64,000 nt of DNA from an uncultured Flavobacteriales bacterium (lineage in GTDB: Bacteria > Bacteroidota > Bacteroidia > Flavobacteriales_D > CAJJDF01), in the NCBI GenBank assembly GCA_964021785.1, contig CAXIAX010000004.1, positions 1,460-65,459 on the forward strand. Direction: 5' to 3'. A program made the translations under genes and the position numbers. Below the pieces are notes generated by a model. The model saw nothing but the letters and a program-made list of their open reading frames with translations, made no database searches and had not been told where the DNA came from. Below, piece after piece: positions 10,077 to 19,928 of the stretch. Numbering within the stretch: the first letter of the stretch is position 1; each line of letters starts with the position of its first letter.

Positions 10077-11171
10077 TTGAAAATTAAAAATCATAAATCG
10101 ATTGTAGGTCTCATCCAAAAAATTGGATTGTTATGTATTCTATTTATTGGAGTATTAATTTCTTCTTTTTCTCAAACAAACAAAATTACGGTCAAAACTT
10201 TCTACGGTTTCATTTTCCCCCACCATGAGGTTATTTATAGCAAAGTAAACTCCCCCATTCATTCATTAGAGCTTACTTACTCCAAACAGTTGGCAAAAGA
10301 TAGCATATGGGACCATTTATATAAAAATCCTGAATTTGGCATCAACTTGTTTTATACCTCCTTGGGAAATAATAATGTGTTTGGAAAAGAAATTTCATTA
10401 TTTCCTAGTTTGACTTTTAATTTAATGAAAACAGAGAAAATTGATTTTTACTCTAGATTTGGATTAGGAATTAGTTACAATACAGAAACTTTTGATCCAA
10501 AAAACAATTTAGAAAACTATGCGGTAAGCAAACCGATAAATATTCATTTTGATTTTCTATTGGGTGTAAATTACAAACTAACGCCAAATTTCGAATTGAA
10601 AGGAGGTATTAAAATTGGTCATTTTTCTAATGGGAATACCTCTTTCCCAAACATGGGAATGAATTATATTTCCTCATATTTGGGAGCAGGTTATTTATTT
10701 AATCAACCTACTAATGAGAACAAACATACCAGTAAACCCTCTGTACCTAAAGAACAAAATTTTAATCTATTTGCCAGTATGGGATTTAGAAATAATAGGA
10801 TAAAAACTAAACCATTCACCCTTTCTTTCTTGTATCAAAAAAGTGTGTCGAACAAATGGATGCTGGGAACAGGAATAGAAATATTTTATGATAAATATGT
10901 AGAGTTTGAATTAAAAAGAAAAAAACAAGAATTTCTCTCTTATTATAATTTCAATTCTGGATTATTTATAAATCAAAGTCTTAGGTATAGAAAATGGTTA
11001 CTTAGCTTACAAGAAGGAATTTATATTATGGATAATAAATTACAAAATTTAGCCTATTTCAAAGCCTCAATTTCTTATTGTATTTTGGATAACTATTACC
11101 TACGTGCTTCATTAAAAACTCATTCATTCACTGCCGATTATACTGAAATTGGAATAGGATATAAATTTTAA
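10077..11171 (+). CDS. Acyloxyacyl hydrolase / PagL-like outer-membrane protein (TTG start)
   Basis: 364 aa. Signal peptide and beta-barrel-like repeats. The GHFSNGN motif resembles the H-x-S-N-G catalytic region of the lipid A deacylase family. Confidence 0.55.
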   Translation: MKIKNHKSIVGLIQKIGLLCILFIGVLISSFSQTNKITVKTFYGFIFPHHEVIYSKVNSPIHSLELTYSKQLAKDSIWDHLYKNPEFGINLFYTSLGNNNVFGKEISLFPSLTFNLMKTEKIDFYSRFGLGISYNTETFDPKNNLENYAVSKPINIHFDFLLGVNYKLTPNFELKGGIKIGHFSNGNTSFPNMGMNYISSYLGAGYLFNQPTNENKHTSKPSVPKEQNFNLFASMGFRNNRIKTKPFTLSFLYQKSVSNKWMLGTGIEIFYDKYVEFELKRKKQEFLSYYNFNSGLFINQSLRYRKWLLSLQEGIYIMDNKLQNLAYFKASISYCILDNYYLRASLKTHSFTADYTEIGIGYKF

Positions 11172-11175
11172 CTGT

Positions 11176-11895
11176 ATGAGAAACCAAGTAATTTTCTTCT
11201 CGTTATTTATCCTGATAATAGGGTGTAAAAAAAGTGATTCTATCAGTTCACAAGTTTTTGCTTTGGATTATTTTAATTCTGTAGAGATAAACAATAGTTT
11301 TGAAATTGAACTGATAGAAGGACCAGAACATAAAATTGAAATTAGTTCTGAAAACGAAAACAACATTGGCAAAGTAGCTTATGAGATTGTAAACAATCAA
11401 CTAATTATATCTGACGAACGAAAATTAAAATTTACCAAACCAAACCAGCACATCTATTTAAAACTTTACGCTCCTGAGTTTTTTAGGTTTGATTTAAATG
11501 GTGGTGTTACACTGACAAATAAAATACCACTTACCTCTACAGAAATTGGAGTTATATTTAAAAAAGATTACAATTTTTGCGATTTATCGCTCAATAATGA
11601 TGTGTTTTACTTTTGGAATGAATTAGATTCTGGAGGTGAAATAAAACTGAATGGAACCACTAATGCTGTTAAATTTTGGTTCTCGGGATTGGTAACCATA
11701 AATGCTAAAAATGCCTTAGCAAAAGAAGTTATTATCTATTCAGATTCTAGAGTAGATACAGAAGTATATGCATCTCAAAATATTGATTGTGAAATTGTAG
11801 GAGAAGGAAATGTTTTCCTTTATGGCAATCCAAACATTGTGGTAAACCATTCGGATGAGAATCCAAATTCGGGTAAGTTAATTTTCAAAAATTAG
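11176..11895 (+). CDS. Lipoprotein, DUF2807 / head-GIN-domain-like
   Basis: 239 aa. Lipobox IIGC, then repeated short beta-strand units ending ..GEGNVFLYGNPNIVV.., as seen in DUF2807 proteins. Confidence 0.45.
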   Translation: MRNQVIFFSLFILIIGCKKSDSISSQVFALDYFNSVEINNSFEIELIEGPEHKIEISSENENNIGKVAYEIVNNQLIISDERKLKFTKPNQHIYLKLYAPEFFRFDLNGGVTLTNKIPLTSTEIGVIFKKDYNFCDLSLNNDVFYFWNELDSGGEIKLNGTTNAVKFWFSGLVTINAKNALAKEVIIYSDSRVDTEVYASQNIDCEIVGEGNVFLYGNPNIVVNHSDENPNSGKLIFKN

Positions 11896-11993
11896 CTTTA
11901 GTGTTCCTGCATATCCCATTACCTTTTATCATAAATTCTGTACAAACTTATTTATTCGTATTTTAGAGAAGAATAACCGCTCTAATTACCATT

Positions 11994-13112
11994 ATGATGA
12001 AACATATACTCTTTTCCTTTTTAACACTTTTAGGTTTAAATACTTTGTCCCAAATAACCTATACATCTTCCAATCATGCAGGTGGAACATATTCGCAACA
12101 AATGACCAATGTTGCAGTAGGATTAACTTTACATAATTTTGATACAACAGGAGCCAATATAACCTGGGATTATTCTGCCTTAGGCAAAAGCACTTGGGGT
12201 AACAAATCTACAGTTACTGCTTCTAACTCCGGTTATCAAGCTACTTTTATTGCACAATGCATAGCTACCTCAGGACTAAATGGAATAATCACCTGCCCTA
12301 TTCAATGGAATAATTTAGCCAATATGGGAATTATAGATTTAGACTCTATGAATGCCTTGGTAGTCACTTTGTATGATGTGACCACTCTTGCAAAAAAAAC
12401 AACAGCACATTTAGTAGGTACGATAAAAGGATTAAAACTGAAAGATTCTACGGGTATTACTATTCCCTTGGTTTCGGAATATATAGACTATGATACGATT
12501 CTTAATTTCCCTTTGACTTACCAAGACTCAGGAAAATCAACTGGTTCTTGGGGGTATGATTTAAATACAATAGGACAAAACATAAAATTCAAATCTAGCT
12601 ACAACAGAAACTACACTGTAGAAGGTTGGGGAACTTTAATTACCCCACATGCCACGTATAACAATACGCTAAAAGTTAAAACAATACTAGACCAAATAGA
12701 TTCTCTTAATTACTTAGGAACTCCCTTTGGAATACCACGAAAAATAATTGAATACACATGGTATGATGCAGCTTTTGGACTTCCCGTTATGAAAGCCGAA
12801 GGACAAGAAGTATTGGGAATTACTACCATTAATTCTGTATCCTATATTGATAATGTATATGTAGGAACAAATGAAATAAAAATGACTGACTTTAGTTTAT
12901 TTCCAAATCCTACTTCTAATAATATTACAATAAATAATAAGGAAAATTCTAAAATTGATTCCTATAAAATACTCGATTTACAAGGAAGGTTTGTACAAGG
13001 AAATAGATTTACAAGAACAATTTCTATTGGTGAATTAGAATCTGGCACCTATATAATCCAGTTAATATCCGACAAGGAAATTATTGGAATTGAGAAGTTT
13101 GTGAAAAATTAA
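11994..13112 (+). CDS. Secreted protein with a type-A T9SS C-terminal sorting domain
   Basis: 372 aa. Signal peptide. C-terminal ~75 aa has the LFPNPTSNNITI...GTYIIQL...KFVKN pattern. Confidence 0.75.
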   Translation: MMKHILFSFLTLLGLNTLSQITYTSSNHAGGTYSQQMTNVAVGLTLHNFDTTGANITWDYSALGKSTWGNKSTVTASNSGYQATFIAQCIATSGLNGIITCPIQWNNLANMGIIDLDSMNALVVTLYDVTTLAKKTTAHLVGTIKGLKLKDSTGITIPLVSEYIDYDTILNFPLTYQDSGKSTGSWGYDLNTIGQNIKFKSSYNRNYTVEGWGTLITPHATYNNTLKVKTILDQIDSLNYLGTPFGIPRKIIEYTWYDAAFGLPVMKAEGQEVLGITTINSVSYIDNVYVGTNEIKMTDFSLFPNPTSNNITINNKENSKIDSYKILDLQGRFVQGNRFTRTISIGELESGTYIIQLISDKEIIGIEKFVKN

Positions 13113-13184
13113 TCTTGGAATAATTTTTATAATCATATTTTTTGTTGTTATTTGAACAAATAAATTATTATTTGAACAAACCAA

Positions 13185-13955
13185 ATGAAGTTTATTCTCT
13201 TGTTAATAACAAAAAAAATGATTAAAACTTCAATTCTAAATTCGTTACTACTCTTCACTTTTTTTCTTTTTACTTTATCCTCTTTGGGTCAATTAACCTA
13301 TTCCTCGTCTAACTTTTATGTGCTTTCAGGATTAGAAATTGGTAGTTATGATATCAGTTCCAATACCTATCAATTAGATGAGTTTTATCAAGAAATTTAC
13401 GAACCTAGAAAACTTAATTCCTTACAAGCTCGACTTGGATTGGGATATAACTACAACAGGAGTGCAAAATTTTCTTTTGGGTTCGAATTCGTGGCTGGAA
13501 TTGGAATACCAAAGAAAAATACATACACTTATTATGCTAACGGGTTTAAAACATTTGAAGCCAAGGATAGAATAAGTACTATTGAATTGGGATACTTATT
13601 GGATTTTGCTCTTATTGGTGACTTAGAAGGTACAGAATTTACTCTTGCCATTTCCCCAACTATTGGAATTCAAGGCGCTTTTTTTAAATCAGAAATATTA
13701 GATGATTTAGAGCAAAGTGGATCTATGAATTATGAAACTATCATTCATAGAAACAATGTAAATGGACTTTCTAGAGCACAAATACTTACCCTATTTGCCA
13801 AAGTTGGTCCTTCGTTCCAATACGGAATTTCTAAATACACTCTAATATACGGAAGTGCAAAATATGCTTTTGCCTACTCTTCTAGCGAAAACGATTATAT
13901 AAAGAGAAACAACTGGTTGAGTCTAGATTTTGGATTAAAAATAATGTTAAACTAA
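13185..13955 (+). CDS. Hypothetical secreted / possible outer-membrane beta-barrel protein
   Basis: 256 aa. Signal peptide (an alternative start is M12 at 13218) and alternating hydrophobic beta-strand pattern. No motif recognised. Confidence 0.4.
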   Translation: MKFILLLITKKMIKTSILNSLLLFTFFLFTLSSLGQLTYSSSNFYVLSGLEIGSYDISSNTYQLDEFYQEIYEPRKLNSLQARLGLGYNYNRSAKFSFGFEFVAGIGIPKKNTYTYYANGFKTFEAKDRISTIELGYLLDFALIGDLEGTEFTLAISPTIGIQGAFFKSEILDDLEQSGSMNYETIIHRNNVNGLSRAQILTLFAKVGPSFQYGISKYTLIYGSAKYAFAYSSSENDYIKRNNWLSLDFGLKIMLN

Positions 13956-13967
13956 TAATTAAAATAA

Positions 13968-15521
13968 ATGAAAAAAATTTCAATACTACTATTTACAATT
14001 TTTGCATTAGCAATTGGAGGAACAAGTCAAGGAAAAATAGAAACAACACAAAAACTAATAGAGCTTGAAAAAGGGAGAAAAGGTGAATATGTATTGGGAT
14101 CTTTGCTAGTAGATAATTTCATATACTCCATTACAACTATTGGTAAAGGAAGAAGAGCTATATACACGATATCTAAATATGATACCAAAATGAAATTGGT
14201 AAAAAAACTAGATTGGGATTTAGATTTTAAAGAAGGATCTTTTGATAGGTTTATGATGATCAAAAACAACCTTTATGTTTTATTCAAAAAAATAGATACT
14301 AAATCTAAAACTGCTGAACTTTATGCAAAATCTTTGAATAAAAACACTCTTAAATTAACTTCCAAGGAAACACTAATCACAGAGAAATACACAAACAAAA
14401 GGTATACTCCAAGTTATGTAATAATTGAGGAAAATGATTTGGTTTTGATATATAATACCAAAGAAAAAGACAGAAAAGAAAATATGTCTGTGTCATTGAA
14501 ACTTTTTGGAAACAACCTGAAAGAAATTTGGAATAAAGACATTGACTTTCCTTTCTTGAACAAAAAATCTAGGTTTGGAGATCTAGAAATAACTAGTAAT
14601 GGAGATGTCTATTTTATTATCAAAGTAACAAATGAGGATAAGAAAAAGGAAGCTCATAAAATGTTATATTCTTGTACCAAGAATGGAAAAATAATAAAAG
14701 AAAAAGAACTTTCTGAATTACCAGAATTCATTAGTGATATAAAAATTGCTACAACACCCAAAAATGAAATTATTATAGCTGGTTACTACAATGAAAAAGT
14801 TGAAAAAGCCTGGAAAAAAGGTTCGTATTTTGCTAAAATTGATAACAATAGCTTGTCTATTAAAAAATTAACAAAAGGACTTTTTCCTACTACTCTTTTA
14901 ATGGAAAACAAGACCGATAAAGTAAAAAGAAAAGCCATTAGAAAAGAAAACAAAGGAAAAGATACAGGACTAGACAATTATTTTGCTGTAGATGAAATAA
15001 TAACCAAAGAAGACGGAGGAGCAATTATTATTGGAGAACATTATAAATATTATCAAACTTCTTCTACCACTACAGATGCCAATGGAAGAACAAGCACTAC
15101 GTACACAAATCATTATGAATATGACGACATTTTAGTTATTTCTATAAACAAAGAAGGTGAGATAGAATGGGAAAGGATTATTCCTAAAAAACAACATGTT
15201 TCTGGATCTCCTTTAGGATGCGGATATTATAGAATGATCGTAGAGGATAAAATGTATTTCATATTTAATGATGACAGATTAAATCATGCTTCTGACAATG
15301 AAACAACAGAAAACTTTTTAGCAAATAAGAAAAATAGAATTATTTCAATTTATGAAATAAACTCAGAAGGATATATTAGAAAAGATATTCTAACTGATTA
15401 TCAAACAACTGAAAGTCTTTTGGATGTAACAAAAACAGAACAAATTGGCGATAAAGAAATGCTTTGTTATATGTTTGGTAAAAAAAGAACTAGAAAATTA
15501 TTACTGGTTAATATAAAGTAA
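13968..15521 (+). CDS. Hypothetical secreted protein
   Basis: 517 aa. Signal peptide, Lys-rich, no motif recognised. Only 12 nt from the preceding gene. Confidence 0.5.
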   Translation: MKKISILLFTIFALAIGGTSQGKIETTQKLIELEKGRKGEYVLGSLLVDNFIYSITTIGKGRRAIYTISKYDTKMKLVKKLDWDLDFKEGSFDRFMMIKNNLYVLFKKIDTKSKTAELYAKSLNKNTLKLTSKETLITEKYTNKRYTPSYVIIEENDLVLIYNTKEKDRKENMSVSLKLFGNNLKEIWNKDIDFPFLNKKSRFGDLEITSNGDVYFIIKVTNEDKKKEAHKMLYSCTKNGKIIKEKELSELPEFISDIKIATTPKNEIIIAGYYNEKVEKAWKKGSYFAKIDNNSLSIKKLTKGLFPTTLLMENKTDKVKRKAIRKENKGKDTGLDNYFAVDEIITKEDGGAIIIGEHYKYYQTSSTTTDANGRTSTTYTNHYEYDDILVISINKEGEIEWERIIPKKQHVSGSPLGCGYYRMIVEDKMYFIFNDDRLNHASDNETTENFLANKKNRIISIYEINSEGYIRKDILTDYQTTESLLDVTKTEQIGDKEMLCYMFGKKRTRKLLLVNIK

Positions 15522-15597
15522 ATGAACCTATAAATTAATAGATTCGTGTGTAAAGTAATCTGATTAACAAAGATACTGTATACGTTAAATACAAGCC

Positions 15598-15650
15598 AAA
15601 ACCCTAGTAAATTGCAACATTGATTTCAATTTACTAGGGTTTTGATTTTT
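15598..15650 (+). terminator. Strong rho-independent terminator (17-bp perfect stem)
   Basis: aaaaccctagtaaattg / caatttactagggtttt stem with a 12-nt loop, followed by gattttt. Confidence 0.8.
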
Positions 15651-15756
15651 AAAGTAAGCTCTTATAAATCAATTATTTTATGAGTAAAAATAGTATGTTT
15701 GCAAAACTAGTTGATACAAATAAAATTACTACAATAGAACAACCTTCTGTTTTAAT

Positions 15757-17223
15757 ATGATTAATCTACCTAACTTTTCGGAGAATAAACAAATTCAAGT
15801 TTATAGTATTTTAGCAATAGTCATGAGTCTATTATTATACTTGGGAATATTTAGTACTTATGCATTCACAGATGCCAATGAGTTTTTATATTCTGCTCAC
15901 ACAAGCTCTCAATTTATTGATGTATTTGTACAAGGGGGAAGACCAATCTATGGAGAATTAAACAAACTGATTTTTGGAAACCTTATTGATACCGTTTCTC
16001 AATTGAAATGGATTCGCTTAATTTCTCTATTAGGCTGTGTCCTATTTTCTATCCAATTATTTCGGTTTTTAATTAAATCAAAATTTCATTTTTTCGAATC
16101 TGCCTTTTTCTCATTACTTGTTTTGTCACTGCCCTCTTTTGGGGTATTTATGAGCTGGAGTGTAACTTACGAAATACCTATTGCTTTAAATTGTTCTTTT
16201 TGGGCCGGAGTTCTTCTTTTAAAATCTATAGAAAACAAAAGACTAAAAGTTCTCAATTATAGTGTAGCGTTACTACTTGTAGTAATTTCTTTGTCACTTT
16301 ATCAATCGGCAGGAACTGCTTTTCTTATTCCTTTCGTAATTCTATTTACTAAAAATAGTATTCTACCCTTCTCTATTTTAATTAAACTTGGTGTATTTTT
16401 TATCGTCTCGTTTGGGTTATACTATGTGACATTCAAACTATCATTGGCATTATATGATTTAGCTCCACTAGGTAGATCTGGAATTGATATACTTAACTTA
16501 CCTCAAAAAGTCTTGAATTTTTACACCCTAGAAATGGAAACTTTACTCTACGGAAGTAGCATTCTTATTAAATCTTACCTTCTATTATCATTAGCTTCTT
16601 TTTGTTTTTTAGGATATTTCTTCTTCCTAATTAAAGATAAAACCAAATCAATTTTTATTGTATTTCTGGTTTTAGTAATACCATTTAGTTATTTACCCAA
16701 TTTACTTTCTGTAGATAGTTGGATATGCTCCAGAACTCTTGCACCTGCTGCTGTAATTGTCTTATTTTATCAGTTCTACTTTCTTCGTCAACTAAGTATA
16801 AAAAGCAAAGTTGCTAAAGGAATCTCAGTTGGTTTCTTTGTATTCTTGCTTTTATTCAGCTCTTATAATTTAAATGTATATTTCACAGGAATACAGTCCA
16901 AAGAATATTCAGCTTTACATGAAGAGTTTGGCTCTTACTCTTTTTCAGAAAATGAAACAATCATTTTAATTCGTCCTGAGCATAATTTCCTTCAGGCTAC
17001 GGGTTATTACAAATATTCTTATTCTGATGAATTTGGTCAATTATCGTGTTCTCGCGATTGGGTTCCAATTCCTTTTTTGAAACAAGTAATTAAGGAAACT
17101 AATCCTACTGCTAGCCTGCCAATAATTAAAACTTACGGTCCACAAGAGCCATACAATTTATCCGACAGTAGTGCCCTAATAATTGATTTAAGTAAAATTT
17201 TAATTAAACATTTTGAAAACTAA
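15757..17223 (+). CDS. Polytopic membrane protein, possibly a GT-C-fold glycosyltransferase (ArnT/PMT-like)
   Basis: 488 aa with about 11 predicted TM helices and a soluble C-terminal ~120 aa. An acidic FTDANEF motif sits in the first external loop. The assignment is inferred from architecture only. Confidence 0.35.
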   Translation: MINLPNFSENKQIQVYSILAIVMSLLLYLGIFSTYAFTDANEFLYSAHTSSQFIDVFVQGGRPIYGELNKLIFGNLIDTVSQLKWIRLISLLGCVLFSIQLFRFLIKSKFHFFESAFFSLLVLSLPSFGVFMSWSVTYEIPIALNCSFWAGVLLLKSIENKRLKVLNYSVALLLVVISLSLYQSAGTAFLIPFVILFTKNSILPFSILIKLGVFFIVSFGLYYVTFKLSLALYDLAPLGRSGIDILNLPQKVLNFYTLEMETLLYGSSILIKSYLLLSLASFCFLGYFFFLIKDKTKSIFIVFLVLVIPFSYLPNLLSVDSWICSRTLAPAAVIVLFYQFYFLRQLSIKSKVAKGISVGFFVFLLLFSSYNLNVYFTGIQSKEYSALHEEFGSYSFSENETIILIRPEHNFLQATGYYKYSYSDEFGQLSCSRDWVPIPFLKQVIKETNPTASLPIIKTYGPQEPYNLSDSSALIIDLSKILIKHFEN

Positions 17224-17364
17224 ATGGTTTAAACCTATTACGTTTCATTCTTCGTAAAGTATATAATCCTTTAAAACAACTACTTATTTTCATATATTTA
17301 TAAATAAATATCTTAATTAAGTAAATCAATCTAAAACTTACATCTAACTCAATTCTAAAATTAT

Positions 17365-18573
17365 ATGAAAAATCAAATTATCAAAACCTTTATTATCTGC
17401 TTTGTTTTTTCAATTTATAGTTGTTCCAACTCTTCCAATAATTCTAACTCAAAAGAATTTATTAATGCAGAGAAGGAAATTGAACCTTCCAATGAAGTAG
17501 AATTGAAAATAATAGAACTTGGAGAATTTATTGATAATGCTATTCTAGATCAAGACATAGAAGGATACTTATCTAAATTAGATATTGACTATTTTCTAAA
17601 TAAAACAACACACAGTATTGGTTTGTCCCGCAAAGAAAAAGTTGGATTTAAAGAGGGATTATCTAAAGGGGTTTCTTCTTTACCAAGAGAAATTATGTCG
17701 AAAGTAAGTGAAGGTCAACTTTATGATTTTGTTAGCTATAGATACGATACTTCCCAAAATGCTTATTATATTCTTTTCAGGTTTTTCTCTGAAGAAGAAG
17801 GTATTAATTACCACGATTATAGAGTATCAAGGAATGGAGATCAATTTATGTTCAATGATATATTTATCTACTTAACTGGCGAAAATTTGAGTCAAACTAT
17901 GGAGAGGATTCTAATCTCAGGAATGCCATCAAATAGCCTTATAGCATTATTAAAACCAGAAAAAAAACGAGATATGGAAAGGTTAATCCAAGCCTCAAAA
18001 GCATTGAGATTAGCAAATTTCCAAGAAGCATATGATGCCTACAATTCATTAGAAGGAGATATGAAAAATGAAAAATTTGTATTAATAATGAAGGCTCAAG
18101 TTGCTATAAAAATTGATGAAGATCTTTATGAAGAAACCATAAAAGAGTTAATTCAAACCTACCCAAACGACAATACCATTTCATTAAATTTTATTGACTA
18201 CTATATTATAAATGAAGAATACCAAAAGGCTCTTGAAGCAATACACAATTTGAAAGAAGAAACAGGTGATGATTTTCTGGAATATATCCTTGGAAATATA
18301 AACTACCAAAAAGAAGACTATACGTTTGCAAAGAACAATTTTAAGTTAATTACAGAAAACTATGAAAGCTTCGCTACGGGATATCTTAGTTACATGAGTT
18401 GTCTTGTAAAAGATAATGAATACAAAGAGGTTATTCCTTTACTAAATAAATTATTAACCTTAGATTATACTAGACCAGAGCTTATTGAATACTTAGAATC
18501 AATTGATGAATTTGGAGGAAATGAATACGAAGATTTTATACTATCAAAGGTTTATCTAGATTGGAAAAACTAA
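17365..18573 (+). CDS. Lipoprotein with a TPR-like helical C-terminal region
   Basis: 402 aa. Lipobox IYSC. The C-terminal half has repeated ~34-aa helical units (..EYQKALEAI.., ..DYTFAKNNF..). Confidence 0.45.
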   Translation: MKNQIIKTFIICFVFSIYSCSNSSNNSNSKEFINAEKEIEPSNEVELKIIELGEFIDNAILDQDIEGYLSKLDIDYFLNKTTHSIGLSRKEKVGFKEGLSKGVSSLPREIMSKVSEGQLYDFVSYRYDTSQNAYYILFRFFSEEEGINYHDYRVSRNGDQFMFNDIFIYLTGENLSQTMERILISGMPSNSLIALLKPEKKRDMERLIQASKALRLANFQEAYDAYNSLEGDMKNEKFVLIMKAQVAIKIDEDLYEETIKELIQTYPNDNTISLNFIDYYIINEEYQKALEAIHNLKEETGDDFLEYILGNINYQKEDYTFAKNNFKLITENYESFATGYLSYMSCLVKDNEYKEVIPLLNKLLTLDYTRPELIEYLESIDEFGGNEYEDFILSKVYLDWKN

Positions 18574-18601
18574 CAATCATCCCAAACTTATTTTTAGTTA
18601 A

Positions 18602-19873
18602 TTAAGTCTTTCTTTTCTTCTTCTTTGCTGCAGGAAATAATAAATTGTTCAATATCAATCTGTATCCTGGTGAATTTGGATGAAGATTTAAATCCGTAGG
18701 TGGATCTCCTACTCTATGTTGGTAATCTTCGGGGTCGTGTCCTCCATAAAAAGTCCATCTTCCCTGCCCTAGTTCTCCGCTAATATAACGAACTGTTCCC
18801 AAAGCCTTAGATTCTCCCATTACTGTAACACTTGATTTTACAAACTGCTTATGAAAATCAGTAGTTTGCCCCATAAATCCTTTTATTACATTTTGGTGAT
18901 TTTGACACAACATTGTAGGTACGATATCCCATTTTGCAGAAAACTCAAATAAATTAAATACGTCTTGGTTTTCTGGAACTCGTTTTGGTTTAAACCTTGC
19001 CATTGTACCATCTATATTAGAAAACTCATATTCGTAAGGGTTTGTTCTCAATTGAAAATCTTTAAAAGCTAAAGTTTTAGAAAAATCTAATTTCGATTGA
19101 GCGTGCTTATCTGCAGGATCTCCGTCAAACATTGTTTCGCAAATATCTGTTTCTGTAGCAGATAATGCAATATCGTAAGAATCCGTTCCAGAACACATTG
19201 TAAATAGGAATCCTCCTCCCGATACAAATTCTTTGATTCTTGTTGCAACTCCTGCTTTAAGTTCCGATACTTTATTAAATCCAAGGCTAATTGCTCTTGC
19301 CTCCGATTCTTTTTGCTGTTTTTGATACCAAGAAGCAGTTTTGTAAGCTGAATAAAATTTTCCGTATTGTCCAGTAAAATCTTCGTGGTGCAAGTGCAAC
19401 CAATCGTATTTTGGAAGAACAGTATTGATCACAGCAGAATCGTAAATCTTATCATAAGGGATTTCTGCATACTCCAGAACCATTGTTACAGCATCATCCC
19501 AAGGCATTTTTCCTGATGGAGTATAAACTGCCACTTTTGGTGCTTTTTCTAGCTTCACCACCTCTTGATTTATTTCTGGATCTGCAATTGCTTTCTTAAT
19601 TGCATCAGCTTGTATATCTGCAATGACATCAAAAGAAACTCCTCTAATTACACATTCTTTTTCAATGTCTTTGTAGTATTTAATTAAGAAACTTCCTCCA
19701 CGATAGTTAAGCAACCATTCTATTTCTAGGTCATTTTGAAGAATCCAAAATGCTATTCCATAAGCTTTCAAATGGTTCTTTTGTTTCCCTTCATCCATAG
19801 GAATAAGGATATGCGAGGAACAACCAATTTTTACAAAAAGTAAAAGGGCAAATAATACAGTGAGTTTCTTCAT
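18602..19873 (-). CDS. Conserved secreted protein of unknown function (from memory, this family is often auto-annotated as 'asparagine synthetase B')
   Basis: 423 aa. Signal peptide. I see no AsnB N-terminal Cys or PP-loop motif. C-terminal KKKKRKT tail. Confidence 0.5.
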   Translation of the reverse strand: MKKLTVLFALLLFVKIGCSSHILIPMDEGKQKNHLKAYGIAFWILQNDLEIEWLLNYRGGSFLIKYYKDIEKECVIRGVSFDVIADIQADAIKKAIADPEINQEVVKLEKAPKVAVYTPSGKMPWDDAVTMVLEYAEIPYDKIYDSAVINTVLPKYDWLHLHHEDFTGQYGKFYSAYKTASWYQKQQKESEARAISLGFNKVSELKAGVATRIKEFVSGGGFLFTMCSGTDSYDIALSATETDICETMFDGDPADKHAQSKLDFSKTLAFKDFQLRTNPYEYEFSNIDGTMARFKPKRVPENQDVFNLFEFSAKWDIVPTMLCQNHQNVIKGFMGQTTDFHKQFVKSSVTVMGESKALGTVRYISGELGQGRWTFYGGHDPEDYQHRVGDPPTDLNLHPNSPGYRLILNNLLFPAAKKKKRKT

Positions 19874-19928
19874 AGTTAAAAATACTAGTTTTAAGAATAA
19901 TAACTGACTATTTTAACAAAAAATAGGT

